Counted from the whole stretch's first letter, positions 46,901 through 60,651 are shown. The stretch: DNA of 63,904 nucleotides, filler included, from Squatina squatina (GCA_031763465.1; 20 parts of one record of this genome joined end to end with filler, not necessarily neighbours in it), one strand, 5' to 3'. Translations and numbers: made by a program. Notes: generated from the sequence alone by a model not told the origin.

Positions 46901-49089
46901 CTGGGTATAGGTGGCACTAGGGCTTATTGAAAGGTATCTGGAACAGTCTTGGGTTCTTTCATGAAGTAATGGCATTGGAATGACATTACCTGCACTGCTG
47001 CTACTGGTAAAAGATGCCCATCGCGCTTGCTGATGCTCAGCAGTGATAACGACACCTATTTTCCTGTATGCTGTCACCTATTTTCCCTCCTTGCAAGAAA
47101 GAAAACAGATGGCGAACAAGTTTTCAAAAGCCTTATGAGAGAGAGAGCAAATCAATTAATCAATGTAACAGGATGTAAGATCACAGTGAAACAGCAGAAA
47201 GGTGCTGATAATGTATTAATTATATTGATTGAAAACTGATGTGTAACATGNNNNNNNNNNTTTCGCAGCTCACTGTTATCTGGCTAACCATCACCAGCCC
47301 TGCTGTTTAAAGGCTCACATGATTAGGAACTTGGTTTGGGTTGCTGTTCACCCTAAATGCTCCAAGGTAGCCATCCACTCCTCACCTTCTTTACGCTAAG
47401 TACAGAGTGTCTTGAATTCCACCTTTCCTTGGCTTTGTGCCACACACCTTTCTTACTGCCACTTTCACTGTGAAACAGGCTGGATATGTTTTCTCTGCAG
47501 TTCAGAGCAGGCTACATAGGGTAAGAAGAAAGATAATGCTCCCGCAGAAAGGTTGCACAGGCGAGCCCTGGGAACGGAACATTTAAAGGTTTATGTTTCA
47601 CGCACTGTTTCGTAAATAAAAGATCTTGTTTTAATTGCAGCGATGAGTGCTTTACTGCCTTACACTGACAGCAAATCAACCCTTTCACTGGCATTCATTT
47701 TATATCGCTTTGAATAAAGCACTTCTCAAAAAAACATACAGCATATAAAATGGAACTTGAAAGCCGCGTTTGACATGATTGTTATTTAAGTTTTTTTTTT
47801 GCGGGCAGCTTTTTAAGCAAAATTCACCTGAATGAACCTTTCAGTCATCAAAAGGAAGGAAACAAAATACACCATTAGTATCAATGAGGTGTTAGGAACC
47901 AGAGGATGTGGAGTGGTGGAGGCCAGGGGAGGCTGGGAGTGGGGTTGGGGGCAGCTGCAGAGAGTTGAGATGCTGTAATAGGCCACAAAGGTAATGGAAG
48001 CATGCAAACAAAGAGAAAGGAAGAGGCAGGGAATGAACAAAACTGATATACTGTCAAAATAGGCCAGTCGCCTTGTGTTTCAGCTCAGTGAGGTAACTTG
48101 GCTCCAGTGACTACTGAGTGGAAGTTCCCAGCTCGTGTCCAAACACAGGCTCTCTCAAGTGAGAACGGAATGCTGTAATATCATGGACTTTTTAACAAAC
48201 ACACTGGTTCGATGTAAGTCAGTGAAAAACAAAAGGGTAATAATCAAGTGAGGTATCCTGCACTATGGCAGAGGGCTCATTGAAATAAGGACCTGAAAGT
48301 TGGTTAAAAAGAATAAGAGCTCACAAATTTTGAATCAAGGATTCATCAGCCACATATAGAGGCAAGATCTAATTAGCATTGTGTTAAAACAAGACCTCAG
48401 AGACCTCATCTCAAAACACAAGTTCACTAATTTTACATTGGAGTAATGGCTGATCAACTGTAGGTTCAAAGAAGGGCTCATCGCCGTCATATTGAAACAC
48501 AGATCTCTCTAATTTCATTCAGAAGCAAAACCTCACAGACTTTTTGTTGGTACAAATTCATTGCTTTTAAGTTAAAACAAAAGCACAGTGATATCATGTT
48601 AAAACAAGTGATCAGAAACCAAGCAAGGGAACAAGGTCTCACTGACCTTGCATTTAATCAGGTACANNNNNNNNNNNNNNNNNNNNNNNNNNNNNNNNNN
48701 NNNNNNNNNNTTAATTAATTAANNNNNNNNNNNNNNNNNNNNNNNNNNNNNNNNNNNNNNNNNNNNTCCAGCATCTGCAGTATTTTGCTTTTGTCCAGGA
48801 CTAGATCTTGGCTTGGAGCACCTCAGGAGATTGCAGGCAGCCTCAATGAATCAGCTGTCTTGCAAAAAGGAGAAGGATTTCCAACTCTTTCCAGAATTCT
48901 TCTGCTAATTGTCCTCCCATTCCCTTTACCGCTCTTGAACTGCTTTGAAGCATCGCATCTTCTCGCACCTCAGCAGATGTCCAAAACGTACTCATACTGG
49001 TGTGGGAGCTTGCCGGAAATATTAATATTTGCTGACACCACCTTGACCCTGCACATTCCATTGAGGTTAGTGACACATCAGGATTCCCG

Positions 49090-49250
49090 CTCAGCCTCAT
49101 GGAGTGGGCCCAAGGAATATCTGGCCTTCACTCTCTAGACTCGCACAAACGCAATGGCTGTTTCAGTGGGGTAGCAGAGGACAAGCAGCATCCTTGAAAT
49201 GTAACTCAGCAACAAGGCTTCAGAGGAGGAGGCAGGTGGAGAATAATTAG
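49090..49250 (+). mobile_element. AmnSINE2-like SINE, 3' fragment (another at about 51480-51566, minus strand)
   Basis: TCACTCTCTAGACTCGCACAAACGCAATGGCTG...GGTAGCAGAGG...CTTCAGAGGAGGAGG. Confidence 0.35.
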
Positions 49251-49370
49251 TCCCAATGTTTTAAAAACAATATTTATCTCATTTTGACTTCAATTATATA
49301 TGAGATGTTGTCATTGTAACACTGGAAGAATTTAGCCTGCAGTGGAATACTAGGAATTAACAATGTTCTA

Positions 49371-49545
49371 TGAATTATAGGCTGTAATCTAATCAAGGGG
49401 TTCATATAGTTTACAGGCTGAATGATGGTAAGCTTGGAGCGAGTTATATACTATAATTTAATCAGATGGTTTACATGTAGAATAATGAATACCTGGAAGT
49501 GATTACAAGCTTCTGATGTAATCAAAGGGTTCAGATGATTTCATA
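49371..49545. repeat. Three diverged copies of a 60-70-bp satellite-like unit
   Basis: Recurrent GA(A/G)TTA...AATC(A)AGGGGTTCA...GTTTACA...GAATAATG motifs at about 49371, 49441 and 49501. Confidence 0.55.
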
Positions 49546-52500
49546 AACCTTACAGGGTGGTGATATTCACTTTTGGATCATTTTTGATCGTCAGTGTACA
49601 CAGTAACTGAGATGCTGGGCAGTATCACGCATCATGAGGATATTCATAGTGAAGTATTAACATTTGTGACATCATTACTGCAAGCTTGTTTGAGAAGTAA
49701 TCTGCAATTGTTTATCAAGGAAATTTACTTCAAGGATGTATATTATTACATGAGGGAAATATCAGATGACTCTAATAAAAGACTTATTGACATCTTGGAT
49801 AACAGATTTAGGCAACTGCTGGTATATAGGTCTAACGAACAGTTCGANNNNNNNNNNNNNNNNNNNNNNNNNNNNNNNNNNNNNNNNNNNNNNNNNNNNN
49901 NNNNNNNNNNNNNNNNNNNNNNNNNNNNNNNNNNNNNNNNNNNNNNNAACGCATGCACTCCTCTGTGCATAAGAATTTTATTTCGTGACCACAGTTTCAA
50001 TTTAGTTCATGAGTGCAAAACAGCCTCAGTGAACTCTAAGCAGTTAATGTGTGTTGCACGCACGTCCATATAATCATGGCCTTATCAACGCGTGCTATTA
50101 GAATTAATCCGTTTAATTAAAATAACTTAAGGCAGGATGATGGTTTTATTCCCACTTTATGCCTTTAAGCCAATATCTGTGAGAACAATATAAGGCACAA
50201 ATGCAAACTACTCCCATTAAAACCCGTGCTATTTCTTTACAAAAACAATAAAATGTTCTAGGAAGTTGCACTGCAAAAACTAGGAGAACGCAAAAGACAC
50301 CCTCCTACTTTTTCCCTAGGAAGCCTTGGGCCTCAAGCCAATTCACTCCTCCCCCCACTGTTGCCTAGAAACTGCCCAAGAGTTTTGCCATGGTAACATC
50401 TGGACTAAAGGTGGATGGGACCAGAGCCAGGAAGAGTTAAACTAGGGCAATAGTATCTGCAAAACCTAAGAAAAATAAATCATTCTGAGTAACTCAACCT
50501 TCCTCCCCCTCAAAAATAAAGCTGAACCTCAAGAATTATTTTTTTTATATTTTAAAGGCACGTTGACCACACTAACAAACTGCTACCGACTTGGTACACT
50601 CAGCTCTTATGAAATTTAAACCTTTGACCAATATAAAGATCAAGACCGTGGGGTCTAGAGAATCAGACATCTGCTTTCCCTGTGGTATGGGCGCTATTCA
50701 TTTAATGACTGTCTTATATCTATATGTTTCTGTGCCATTTCATAGGATAACATCTGAAGACAAAAAAGAACCCTCAGGGATCAAAAGGAACATTTAAAAG
50801 CTGTGAAAAGTTTTTCTTTTAGGTATCTGTCTGACGTGGAATGTTAGAGAAATGTATGGACTCAAATCATTCCTGCAATCTGAGAATGGAATAAAGAGTG
50901 AAACTTCAAATCCCGTGTTGCTGGTCGAGGGTTAACATGACTTTTATAAGTTTAATGAGTCAAAATGTCCTTGATAATTTATCTATATAGTATTTATACA
51001 CACACACACGTACAATTGGCAAAACAGAAGCTCGAAACACCCCTGCTTTGCGGGGGCACAATAAGCCCATTAAGCATGGAAGTCATATCAGGCTCCGGGG
51101 CTCTGCAAGTGCTAGTGAGTTTGCAATACTTTTCATTTCAATTTGAAACACTACAGATTTAATTCTGGCGTGCACATGTGCTGGGACAGGACCCTGGAAA
51201 ACATTCTGTACAATGTCTGTTACTCTGACTTTTGAAAAACAATTGTATGAATTAGTAACAATCTAACATCTACAAACACTGATAGCGTCCAACTTTTTTT
51301 GATACAAAAGTGAATTTTTGATTTTCTGAACGTTTGGCTGAGTGGTGCTCATGAATATTTCCAACACCCTTAGGTACAAAAGGTGCCTTAACCCTTTGTA
51401 TAGGGCTGGGCTGTGCAGGCAAAGTTCTGTTTTGAAGCACTTACTGTTAACATCAGTTCTTTCCTCCCTTCAAGTTCTTTCCTTCATCCCCTGCTCATAC
51501 TGACCAGCGCTGGGGTACAGTTACCTTAGGGCTTCTCCGCCCACACTTTAACTCAAGTGGTCGATTGAGACTTGACACTGAGATGGAGAAAGGGGTTACC
51601 ANNNNNNNNNNNNNNNNNNNNNNNNNNNNNNNNNNNNNNNNNNNNTTAATTAATTAANNNNNNNNNNNNNNNNNNNNNNNNNNNNNNNNNNNNNNNNNNN
51701 NAATCCCATACCTAATCCTGGAGCCAATCCAAGAGGCAATCCCGGTCTATCTGGGCAGTTCCAGTGTGACGCCACTGTCTGATTTATGATGTGGTCGACA
51801 CTCTTCAATTAATTGACTGCATTGCTACCGACTCCAAGCTACCCATTATCGCAGATCAATGTTCAAAATACATCACATAGGATTGAAAGGGTTAACTCTC
51901 TGACTCAATCTGTGCCAAAATAATCCATCAACAAAAACTCCCTCTGGCATCCTTTCCAGCTCTTACAGTAATAAAATATTTCAGAACAATTCAGACTGCT
52001 GTAACAGACTTCCTTGTGTATATTTCATTGTCATTTATGAGAAAGTTTCAATAAAAGATATGGTCAATGAGCACTGCCATTCAAATCACATCTACTCTGC
52101 ACCATATCTCCAACTTTTAAATACAGTAATATGTCAGTTTGCGACTGGAACAGATCATGCTCACTGCTGTGGCTCAAACAGCTTCAGAAGAGTTCGAGAA
52201 ACTACTCGGTTATTCATGTCTCCTGGACTGGAGTTCACTTGTAACAGGACAGGAATGGATCAAACACAATAAAACCCTTTTTCATTCTGTTTTAGTTTTT
52301 TAAGGCAAGTTATTTTAAGACCACATTGTGTCTCAACAAAAAAAAACAGNNNNNNNNNNNNNNNNNNNNNNNNNNNNNNNNNNNNNNNNNNNNNNNNNNN
52401 NNNNNNNNNNNNNNNNNNNNNNNNNNNNNNNNNNNNNNNNNNNNNNNNNTTACAAATCTATACTTAAACTTAATTGTTCTGTTGCCTTTCCAAGGCGAAG

Positions 52501-53216
52501 TAATCCTAAAGCACCCGACATGAAAAGACCAATGCCTCTGCTGAAGCAGTCTTGTATTCTTTGCTGGATAGAGTGAGTGTGTGTAGACAGCAGTGATAAA
52601 CAGTCCTTGGAGACCGCAAACATTCCAGACTCACTATTAATGTCTGGATATGCATTCAGCAAAGCCCTGCAGGAACTTTAGGGAGTTCAGCTTTGGTAAA
52701 ACAAAATGGTCAAGTAAGCGGGATAATAGATGCAAGCTAATAAAGGATAATAGGTCTTGTGACCTGTTTGTATCTGGTTAGTGTGTTGTGCAACGTGAGG
52801 TCAAGTATTTATTTAATCAAAGTGGAACTTCAATTTTCTCCACCCCCTCCCTCTCGCCCCCTCCCAAAAAAGAATCTTGATAGCAGAAAGCAATAAACAC
52901 TATTTTCTATATTCAGCAGCTCACGAGTTTCAGTGGGTGGGGAGGGGAGACGGGGGAGAGTGGCTCGCAAATCTTGTTGGGGATGGTGCAGACTCGATGT
53001 ATAATGAAGTGCATACATGTGGTTGCAAAATAGAAATGCTGTTTACTTAATAGCCCAGAGAAGCAGTAATCACACAAGCCACTGCAGCCACGCAGAGGAA
53101 GAGCAGCTATTATCCTNNNNNNNNNNNNNNNNNNNNNNNNNNNNNNNNNNNNNNNNNNNNTTAATTAATTAANNNNNNNNNNNNNNNNNNNNNNNNNNNN
53201 NNNNNNNNNNNNNNNN

Positions 53217-53452
53217 CCCACAAACAGCAATGTGATAAAGACCAGATAATCCATTTTAGTGATGTTGATTGAGGGATAATCGGGAAGATCTGTTCTTCAA
53301 ATAGTGCCATGGGATCTTTTAAGGCTTCCTAAGAGGGCACACAGGGCTTCGATTTAATGTCTCCTGCAAAAGATCTCTGACAGTGCCGCACTCCCTCAGC
53401 ACTGTACCGAGTGTCAGCCTGGATTTTGTGCTCAAGGCTCTGGAGTGGGACT
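53217..53452 (-). mobile_element. DeuSINE fragment
   Basis: CCCACAAACAGCAATGTGATAAAGACCAGATAAT...AATAGTGCCATGGGATCTTTTA. Confidence 0.88.
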
Positions 53453-55020
53453 GTAATCTAGCGGTTGGGTCCAAATTTTTATCTCATTGAGAAACCTGTC
53501 CCATTAGGTAGGGCAAACAACAAGGTTCAAAAGATTAGAAGAGATTGTGAGATAAAGCAAATTGTAGTTAGGTGACATCCAACCTTGGATTGTAAAAAGA
53601 AATGATGTTTGAGTCAGCTAAGGAGTTGCACAGTTTTGAGGTCCTGTGAAAAATTAAGATAGATGAAGGCTCGAATGATCATATAAAGACCCTACGATGA
53701 GATTCCAGCCTCCAGGAGCCATCATATATATAAAATGCAGTTTGTGGAGGTCAGTTTTATTCTGTTTACAGCTCTTTCTTCTTTGCTGGCTGACAGTGTT
53801 ACAGGTGGCATCAACAGGCTGCATGCTCTATTGTGAAGTGGCCCTGTTGGCATTGAAGGATTAACGATTGTGACATAATCATTGTAAATTTAATCGGTTG
53901 ATAGCCACAGCTGGTAACTGATAATACCACAGTCAGTATATATTATACCCAATGCAACGACTTGTTTATAAATCTGAAGACCAAAATCTCTAAGAAGCTT
54001 TGTGTTGCAAAGCAAATGGCCAGAAAGTAACAAGGGGTTTGCTAAGAATTCCTGTTACTGGGCAGAGAATCCACAAAGCAAATTGGATGAAAAAAACAAA
54101 GCCAGCTAAGAGTTAAGATAATGAAGTCCACTTTTATTTGTGTTGACCGACTAGGAAAAATTGCCTCCTAGTAATTTTACCCCAATTGCAGGATCATTCT
54201 CAAGGGAGTGATCACAAGCCAGTTGAAACCTCAGTGCTCAGAGCACTGTCCTCACTCCCTTCCACATGGCCAGGGAATTAGAAGCCAAACTGCTCAGAAA
54301 TAATTCTTCTGTTATTAGCAGTCTTCTGAGTCTCAGATATCTATTTATAACATCTTATGGTTTTCTGATAAGGTAAACTTTTTTATGACAGTATGAAATA
54401 AAGAAAACTAAACCTGACTACTAAAACTGTCATCTCACCGAAACAAGCAGCGGCCACAAGCTCTGCCCTGAAATGAAAACCAGCTGAACTCCAAGCATTT
54501 CTTATATACAAAGCCATTTCCATTCACTGCAACATCAAGTCTCCTGATAAAAATCAACTCCATAGGAGAAAATCTCAATTAAGTTAAAAAAAAAATCGAC
54601 ATTGTAATTTCAGTCTCTGGTCTCTGCAAGATAAAAATTCCCAGCCCATCGACTCTGTCTCACAAATTAGCAGGTTCTCTGAGTCTTTTTCAGGGAAGTT
54701 TCACTGCAGACCTTGTGCCGGAGAACAGCAGTCCTGACTTTCTTTGATGCAAACTGGCTGATTCCCATCACTGCTACTTAAGCTGTTAGGAGTTATGGAA
54801 CTGAGTACTAGCTCGGGCAAACACTCCCAGATGGTAGATTATGAAGGAAAGAGGATAATGTGTAGACGGGATTTCAGATTATTATCAATTGCTTCAGACA
54901 CGTTAATTTGCTCAAGTGTCAACAGATATTTCAGCTTAATTGCAAACAGTGCAGAGCAAACCTTTAAAACAGTCGCAACAGGCAACTAGACTTCCTGGTA
55001 ACTTTTCAGCTTCATACTCA

Positions 55021-55745
55021 GGGCTAGAAATTACATTTGGGTGATAACTTTAGCGGGAGTGCAAATGTATCGCTAGGCGAAAAAGATTTGCAGCTGACAG
55101 GAACTTCCGCTTTAACGATCCAAGAGGGAAGTGGAGCTCTAAATTTTGCACTATCACTTCCCTGAGAGCGTTAAAACGAGTGACGGGGTGGTGTCGGCAG
55201 AGCGCTGAGCACTGTTCCGTCTGTACAGGCGCCTTCCCTCGCTTAAAGGGAAGGGCCAATGCTGGGGTGACCGAGTTTTGTCTGTGTTGGGCTATGGTAC
55301 CTGCGCTACGTCCATAGCAGCTCCAAGCACTCTAAGAGGGTGCAGGGCTGAGCAATCGCACGGTCCAAAAAAAGGAAAAAACACCACACTGGGGAGATAG
55401 ATAAATTTTGCCCTACCTGACCACCACTGACTTTAAATACCGCTCCCCAGACGGCCGGTCGAGGTGACGATGCCTGCTGCAGCTGCCGTTGTTAACGCCC
55501 GGCGATGCTGCAGGGCGCGGAAGCGAATTTACAATCCGGTGCGATAACAGGGCGCTGCACACCGATGACGGTGCAATCTCCGGGGCGCAGGAGAGCGAGG
55601 TGGTAAGGTTTACCGCCGGCGCTAACCCTCCAGGGAAGTTTGCGGGCGTCGGTACTTTCACCGCACTTGGTCAGAAAGCCGTTAGCGCTCCATTAGCGCC
55701 CCCTGGAGGCGTTACGGGAGGTGCAAAGGACGCCAATTTCTCCCC
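55021..55745. mobile_element. GC/CpG-rich non-autonomous DNA transposon, probably PIF/Harbinger type
   Basis: Sharp compositional boundaries, imperfect terminal inverted repeats GGGCTAGAAATT / AATTTCTCCCC, and no transposase ORF. Confidence 0.6.
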
Positions 55746-57231
55746 TATTGTTTTTAAAGTGGGCGGGCTAGTTNNNNNNNNNNNNNNNNNNNNNNNNNNN
55801 NNNNNNNNNNNNNNNNNNNNNNNNNNNNNNNNNNNNNNNNNNNNNNNNNNNNNNNNNNNNNNNNNNNNNNNNNGGAGAAGGTGCCGTTTGCCAAGTACTC
55901 TGCCCACAGGAGCATAACAACTCCTTCACTGTGCCCCCTCCCCAAAGAATTCAACATCTGGCTTGTCCTGATTGATTTTTCTTTTGGAAAGTCATTTAAA
56001 CTTCAACTGTGATTTATTCACCAATGGATCTGCTTCTCAATTAGCTAGGGAACTATTACTTTGGAATGTTTTGTGTTAAATTACCAAGTGGTTTATGAGC
56101 GGGGTGGTTGGGGGAGGGGGTGTGGGGGGAGTATCCTATGGCTTCTATGGCAGGAGTGTAATATGAATATATTTTTTAATAGCATGGTAAGATAATCTAT
56201 ACACATCAAATGAATGGAATACTGTTCCTTTTCTTTTAATATAAATAACATTTTGACTCCTGCCAGCTTCCTCTTGTTGACTCAGGTACAGCTAGCTCTA
56301 GTTATAGTTGTTCTGACTATAGATCCATATTGAGGACTTCCTTCCTCTCAAACATGCATTTGACACTTGAAAAATATTGCCCAAATCCTGACAGTTCGTT
56401 CGGGAAAGTTAACAGGGCTTCCTGTCAAACTAACTATTTAAGACAATGCAAACATTTCTTTTTCTCCAAACCGTTGGGAATGCATTTTGTTATGTTGTAT
56501 GTTTTGCATTTTGTGCTATACTAGATAGAATAACAAGGTACAATTGCAAGAAACTCTCTTACAGGCAGATCCCCACCCCATATCCCTCCAGACTCTCATC
56601 CAACTGCGAGGGTCTGGGGTGCTCACCTCCTTCCTCCTCCAACATTTTCCATCACTACGCAATGCCAGATTTCACTCTCTCCGAGACGGAACTCCCTACT
56701 CCCATGGGGCACTTGGTTTACATGAGTCAGTCAAGACTTGTCAACCGGAGTGAGAGCCCAACTGACAAACAACTGACAGAGGTAAAATGAGTGAGAGGTC
56801 GTCCAAAAAGGACCCAAATGAATGTGGTGGGTGTGAAGGATAACATCTTGACAAACTCAACTGTTGTCACTGAGTGGTAGCCCAGATCAAGCAAATTTAA
56901 GTTTGAGACAATGTTTGGACACGAGCTCACAAATTTCTTTTTGGGCGTCTGGCACCAAACTGCTCGAGCTTCTGGAAAACCTATTACCTTCTTTTCTGAA
57001 CTATTATATTACAAAGAGTTTTCCAAACTTTTGATATTGGCTGTGGAGTCAAGGTCAGATGTAAAGATAGTTTAAAAGAAGATGGAGGACTTTGATCAGC
57101 TGTGGTTCTATATGATACTCAGTACTCTGAGTGACTTTCACCTAAAATCAAAAAGAATGATGATGCACAGTTAGAAAATCATGCAAACAAACATCATTAG
57201 CAAAATCAAAATTAAACAGCCTTTCAAATTT

Positions 57232-58131
57232 GGGCATAGTTTTAACCCCAGAGTGGATGGGAGAAGAGGTGGTTGGGGACTTTAAAATATAACAAATGGA
57301 AAACCCGACCCCAACTTGTCTACTTCTGGTTTTAACGGAGGCTGGTCGGTGGTGGCATGGTGGGGGGAGGTGGGGGTGGTGGTAGGGGCAGGGGGGCGGT
57401 GACGGTGGAAGAGGGGGGTTGGCAGCCAACCCACTCTCAGGAGGCGGATCCGTTACAAAAATCTTATAAGGAGGCTGCCTGCTTCCAAATTAACTCAAAT
57501 TTTATCGCTAACACCAGCAGGCTGTGATTACCAGGAAGTCCAGCAGATAAAAGGAGGTGAGAAGGGCCAGATCCATGAGGTAAGTGCATTTACATCACTG
57601 CTGTGGGCCAGTAGGNNNNNNNNNNNNNNNNNNNNNNNNNNNNNNNNNNNNNNNNNNNNTTAATTAATTAANNNNNNNNNNNNNNNNNNNNNNNNNNNNN
57701 NNNNNNNNNNNNNNNGTGTCCACATTTCAATCATAAGTCTGAGGTGAGAAGAAACGCTCTTCTCAATGGCCGGGTTTAGATTCAATGGCGACGACCTTCT
57801 ACTTTCACCTGTAATGGATGCAAAGTTGGCGAAGCAAACTCTTTGTGGTCTGGCCTCATTTAAATGCCGCTGGGAAACTACAGGCACCAAAAGGTGCCTC
57901 GCTGCAGCTGACCGGTTTTGGGGCAGAGTGGGTGGGGGTTCATGGGAGCTCGGCCGGGATCCACACTGATGCCAGATTGCATCAGGTGAGCCTTGGGCAC
58001 TTGAACTGCACCCACCCCCCTTGATTTTCAGCCGCTCCGGCTGCCCGTTTTTCAGAGCAGAAATGGATGGTCGGGGGTGAGCGGCCGGTGTGGGTGGGGG
58101 CAGTGGGGTGAGGGGAGTTGAAAATTGGTCC
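57232..58131. mobile_element. Non-autonomous DNA-transposon sequence on both sides of a gap
   Basis: 57232-57615 is homologous to 23766-24140(-). 57716-58131 ends GTTGAAAATTGGTCC, roughly inverted relative to the GGGCATAGTTTTAAC start. Confidence 0.45.
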
Positions 58132-58404
58132 AATTAGAGAGGGTGAAAGTAGAATACCATGCATGTCTCTAAAGGTTGCCGCCTCCTAATCATTTGGGAA
58201 AGGTACATGGGTATTTTTAGCAATCTCTCATTTACATTTCTTTTTTCCCAGCTCTGTCATCATAACAATCATCTACTTTATGTTTGGAAGCCCGATGGTA
58301 ACCCAGTCCTCAGAGGGTTAATTCTCTAATGAGAAGGGATATGACTTGTGGCAGTAAACCTGGCAAACAGCTGTTTTTAATGGAAAGCATATGCAGGTTA
58401 GTAA

Positions 58405-58522
58405 TACAGACACACACCTGCAGAGACAGACATAGACACACCCGTATAGACAGACACAGACACAGCGCCTATACACCCCCTGCGTATACAGACACACAAA
58501 CCCGCATATACAGACACACAAA
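58405..58522. repeat. Degenerate (AC)/(ACAG) low-complexity repeat
   Basis: Direct reading. Includes three CCC-GT/GC-ATA-ACAGACAC variants. Confidence 0.8.
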
Positions 58523-58524
58523 CC

Positions 58525-58715
58525 GTTCTCTTAGCCAGTCCCTCAGGGTCGAGGATGACTTGCTTCCACTCCAGAATTGTGTATTCTAAGGTGAGTAAAT
58601 ATTCCTATGCTGGATCCACAAACTCTACCACAGGTGGAGCAGGTGGTGTTTGATGGGGCGAGTGGGTGGGATGCTCGGGTTTCCGCGCGCTCCTTCCGCT
58701 GCCTGCGCTTGGCCT
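58525..58715 (-). mobile_element. RTE LINE 3' end with intact C2H2 finger
   Basis: Minus strand reads TTCSTCGRVCGSSIGIFTHLRIHNSGVEASHPRP. Homologous to 16732-16907. Confidence 0.88.
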
Positions 58716-60651
58716 NNNNNNNNNNNNNNNNNNNNNNNNNNNNNNNNNNNNNNNNNNNNTTAATTAATTAANNNNNNNNNNNNNNNNNNNNNNNNNNNNN
58801 NNNNNNNNNNNNNNNGAAACAGTCCACATCTCCACTGCCAGGTCTAAATGGAAACCTGTTAGAGTTACATCCATACAGCCAATACATGTTCAAAAGGATG
58901 GATGGGCTGGGTCAAAAATGGCAAGGTCCCCAGCCTGGTCAGGGACATAGCAAGGTCCCAAAGCATGTGGAAGCACTTTAGAAGTGATAAATGATTGCAA
59001 TCTGCAATGTGTCTTGGGGGCTTTTACCCACAAAACCTCCAAAGCAAACAAGTGCTAACGGATGCAAGCTGAAACAATTCACAGCCTTTTTTTTTTAAGA
59101 ATACATTTTGCATGTGTTTCACTCCCGGAGGCTGTTTGTTGTACTTGGTGGAGTTGACAGAACCACGCAGAGTCTGACAAACCTCATGGCTCCTTTGTGC
59201 CAATATTCTAGCACACATGCCTGAACCCATGGGTAAAGGTTACAACTAAGGGCAGATCAGTACTAAGTGCGTGCAGTACCCAAGAGTACGCCTCCGTTAG
59301 CGCATACCAGAAAAAAAAAGCCTGTTGTCAGATAGGAGAAAATGGCAAGATGTGTAAATAACGTTGGGCTCAGTGTGACCAGTACATGCAGTACTGGCCT
59401 TATATATTCATTATAATTCAAATCTTGATTTTGTGGATTTGTTCAGACCCAGAGCTCCACAGCTTGGTACAGGTCCGATCTGCAGCAAAGGTTACATACA
59501 AGCAAAATTATTGGTTTGGAACAGAGTCATTTTAGCGAACATTATTTCAGCTTCTGCAAATTCAANNNNNNNNNNNNNNNNNNNNNNNNNNNNNNNNNNN
59601 NNNNNNNNNNNNNNNNNNNNNNNNNNNNNNNNNNNNNNNNNNNNNNNNNNNNNNNNNNNNNNNNNTGCTATTGCACAGCTGGTATTATTTTTGTAACTGT
59701 AAACCTACAACAACAAAAAAAGGGTGCACGACATTAGCCTCTGGTGTGGCTGTCTTTATCTCCGAATAATAAATTCTGAAAACCACATGAAAATTTGTGC
59801 AAAAGATGAACCCTTTGAAAAAGGAAGCCGAGGAGATCGGGATTGTTGATAGTTGTTAACTGAGAGCTTGGCAAGCGTTACAACCCAGCCCAAAGTGAGG
59901 ATTTTGCCTTTTCTGGAATATAGCTGATCAGAATCAGTCACTTTTCCTTTTACTTTATGTGTTTATTTAGAAAATAAAACACAAAATCATTATCCACTCC
60001 ATTCTGCTCATGATCTAATACGGATGACAGACATGTTTAGAGAATCTGTCTTACCTCCTTGAATAGAGTAGGGTTGTTAAGACTTTTAACCTATTCTTCA
60101 TTTAGAGTGATGTGCAATGTATCAGACTCCTGTTAGCTTTTTTGACAAGCACAACCGTCAATGCGGCTTTGAACAAAATGCCCCTAGGATGGTATTAGCC
60201 CATATTTAAGGATTGCAATGTGTGTTCAATAACGATATTACATCTGTGGTGCTCCAAGAATAAAACACATATAAAATTACACTGCAGTTACATAAAAGGA
60301 TTAAACATTTAAAAAAGATAATTGAAAATGCCTTTGTCACTACAAATGGCAAATTGTAAACAGGCTTAGCTCCCGAGACGCCTATGATCCACCCACTATA
60401 AAAACTCAGCCCAAGCTATGCTGTGTTTGTCATGGCTGTCCCAGATAATATATAGACTGCGATGTGAGCTATAACAACACTTTCACTTGCACAAAATTAC
60501 AAATTTGGTGCAATGGATAAAATTGTCACTATCATATCATTATTTGTTTCGNNNNNNNNNNNNNNNNNNNNNNNNNNNNNNNNNNNNNNNNNNNNTTAAT
60601 TAATTAANNNNNNNNNNNNNNNNNNNNNNNNNNNNNNNNNNNNNNNNNNNN

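Noticed and set aside
49594..49847. 84 open codons before a gap
   Set aside because: No recognisable motif, and it is truncated by Ns so it cannot be supported.
50837..50860. miR-1/206-like start TGGAATGT
   Set aside because: The remainder diverges and there is no proper precursor hairpin.
55489..55917. GC-rich 142-aa ORF or possible CpG-island promoter
   Set aside because: It lies mostly inside the element bounded by terminal repeats and runs through a gap. High GC suppresses stop codons.
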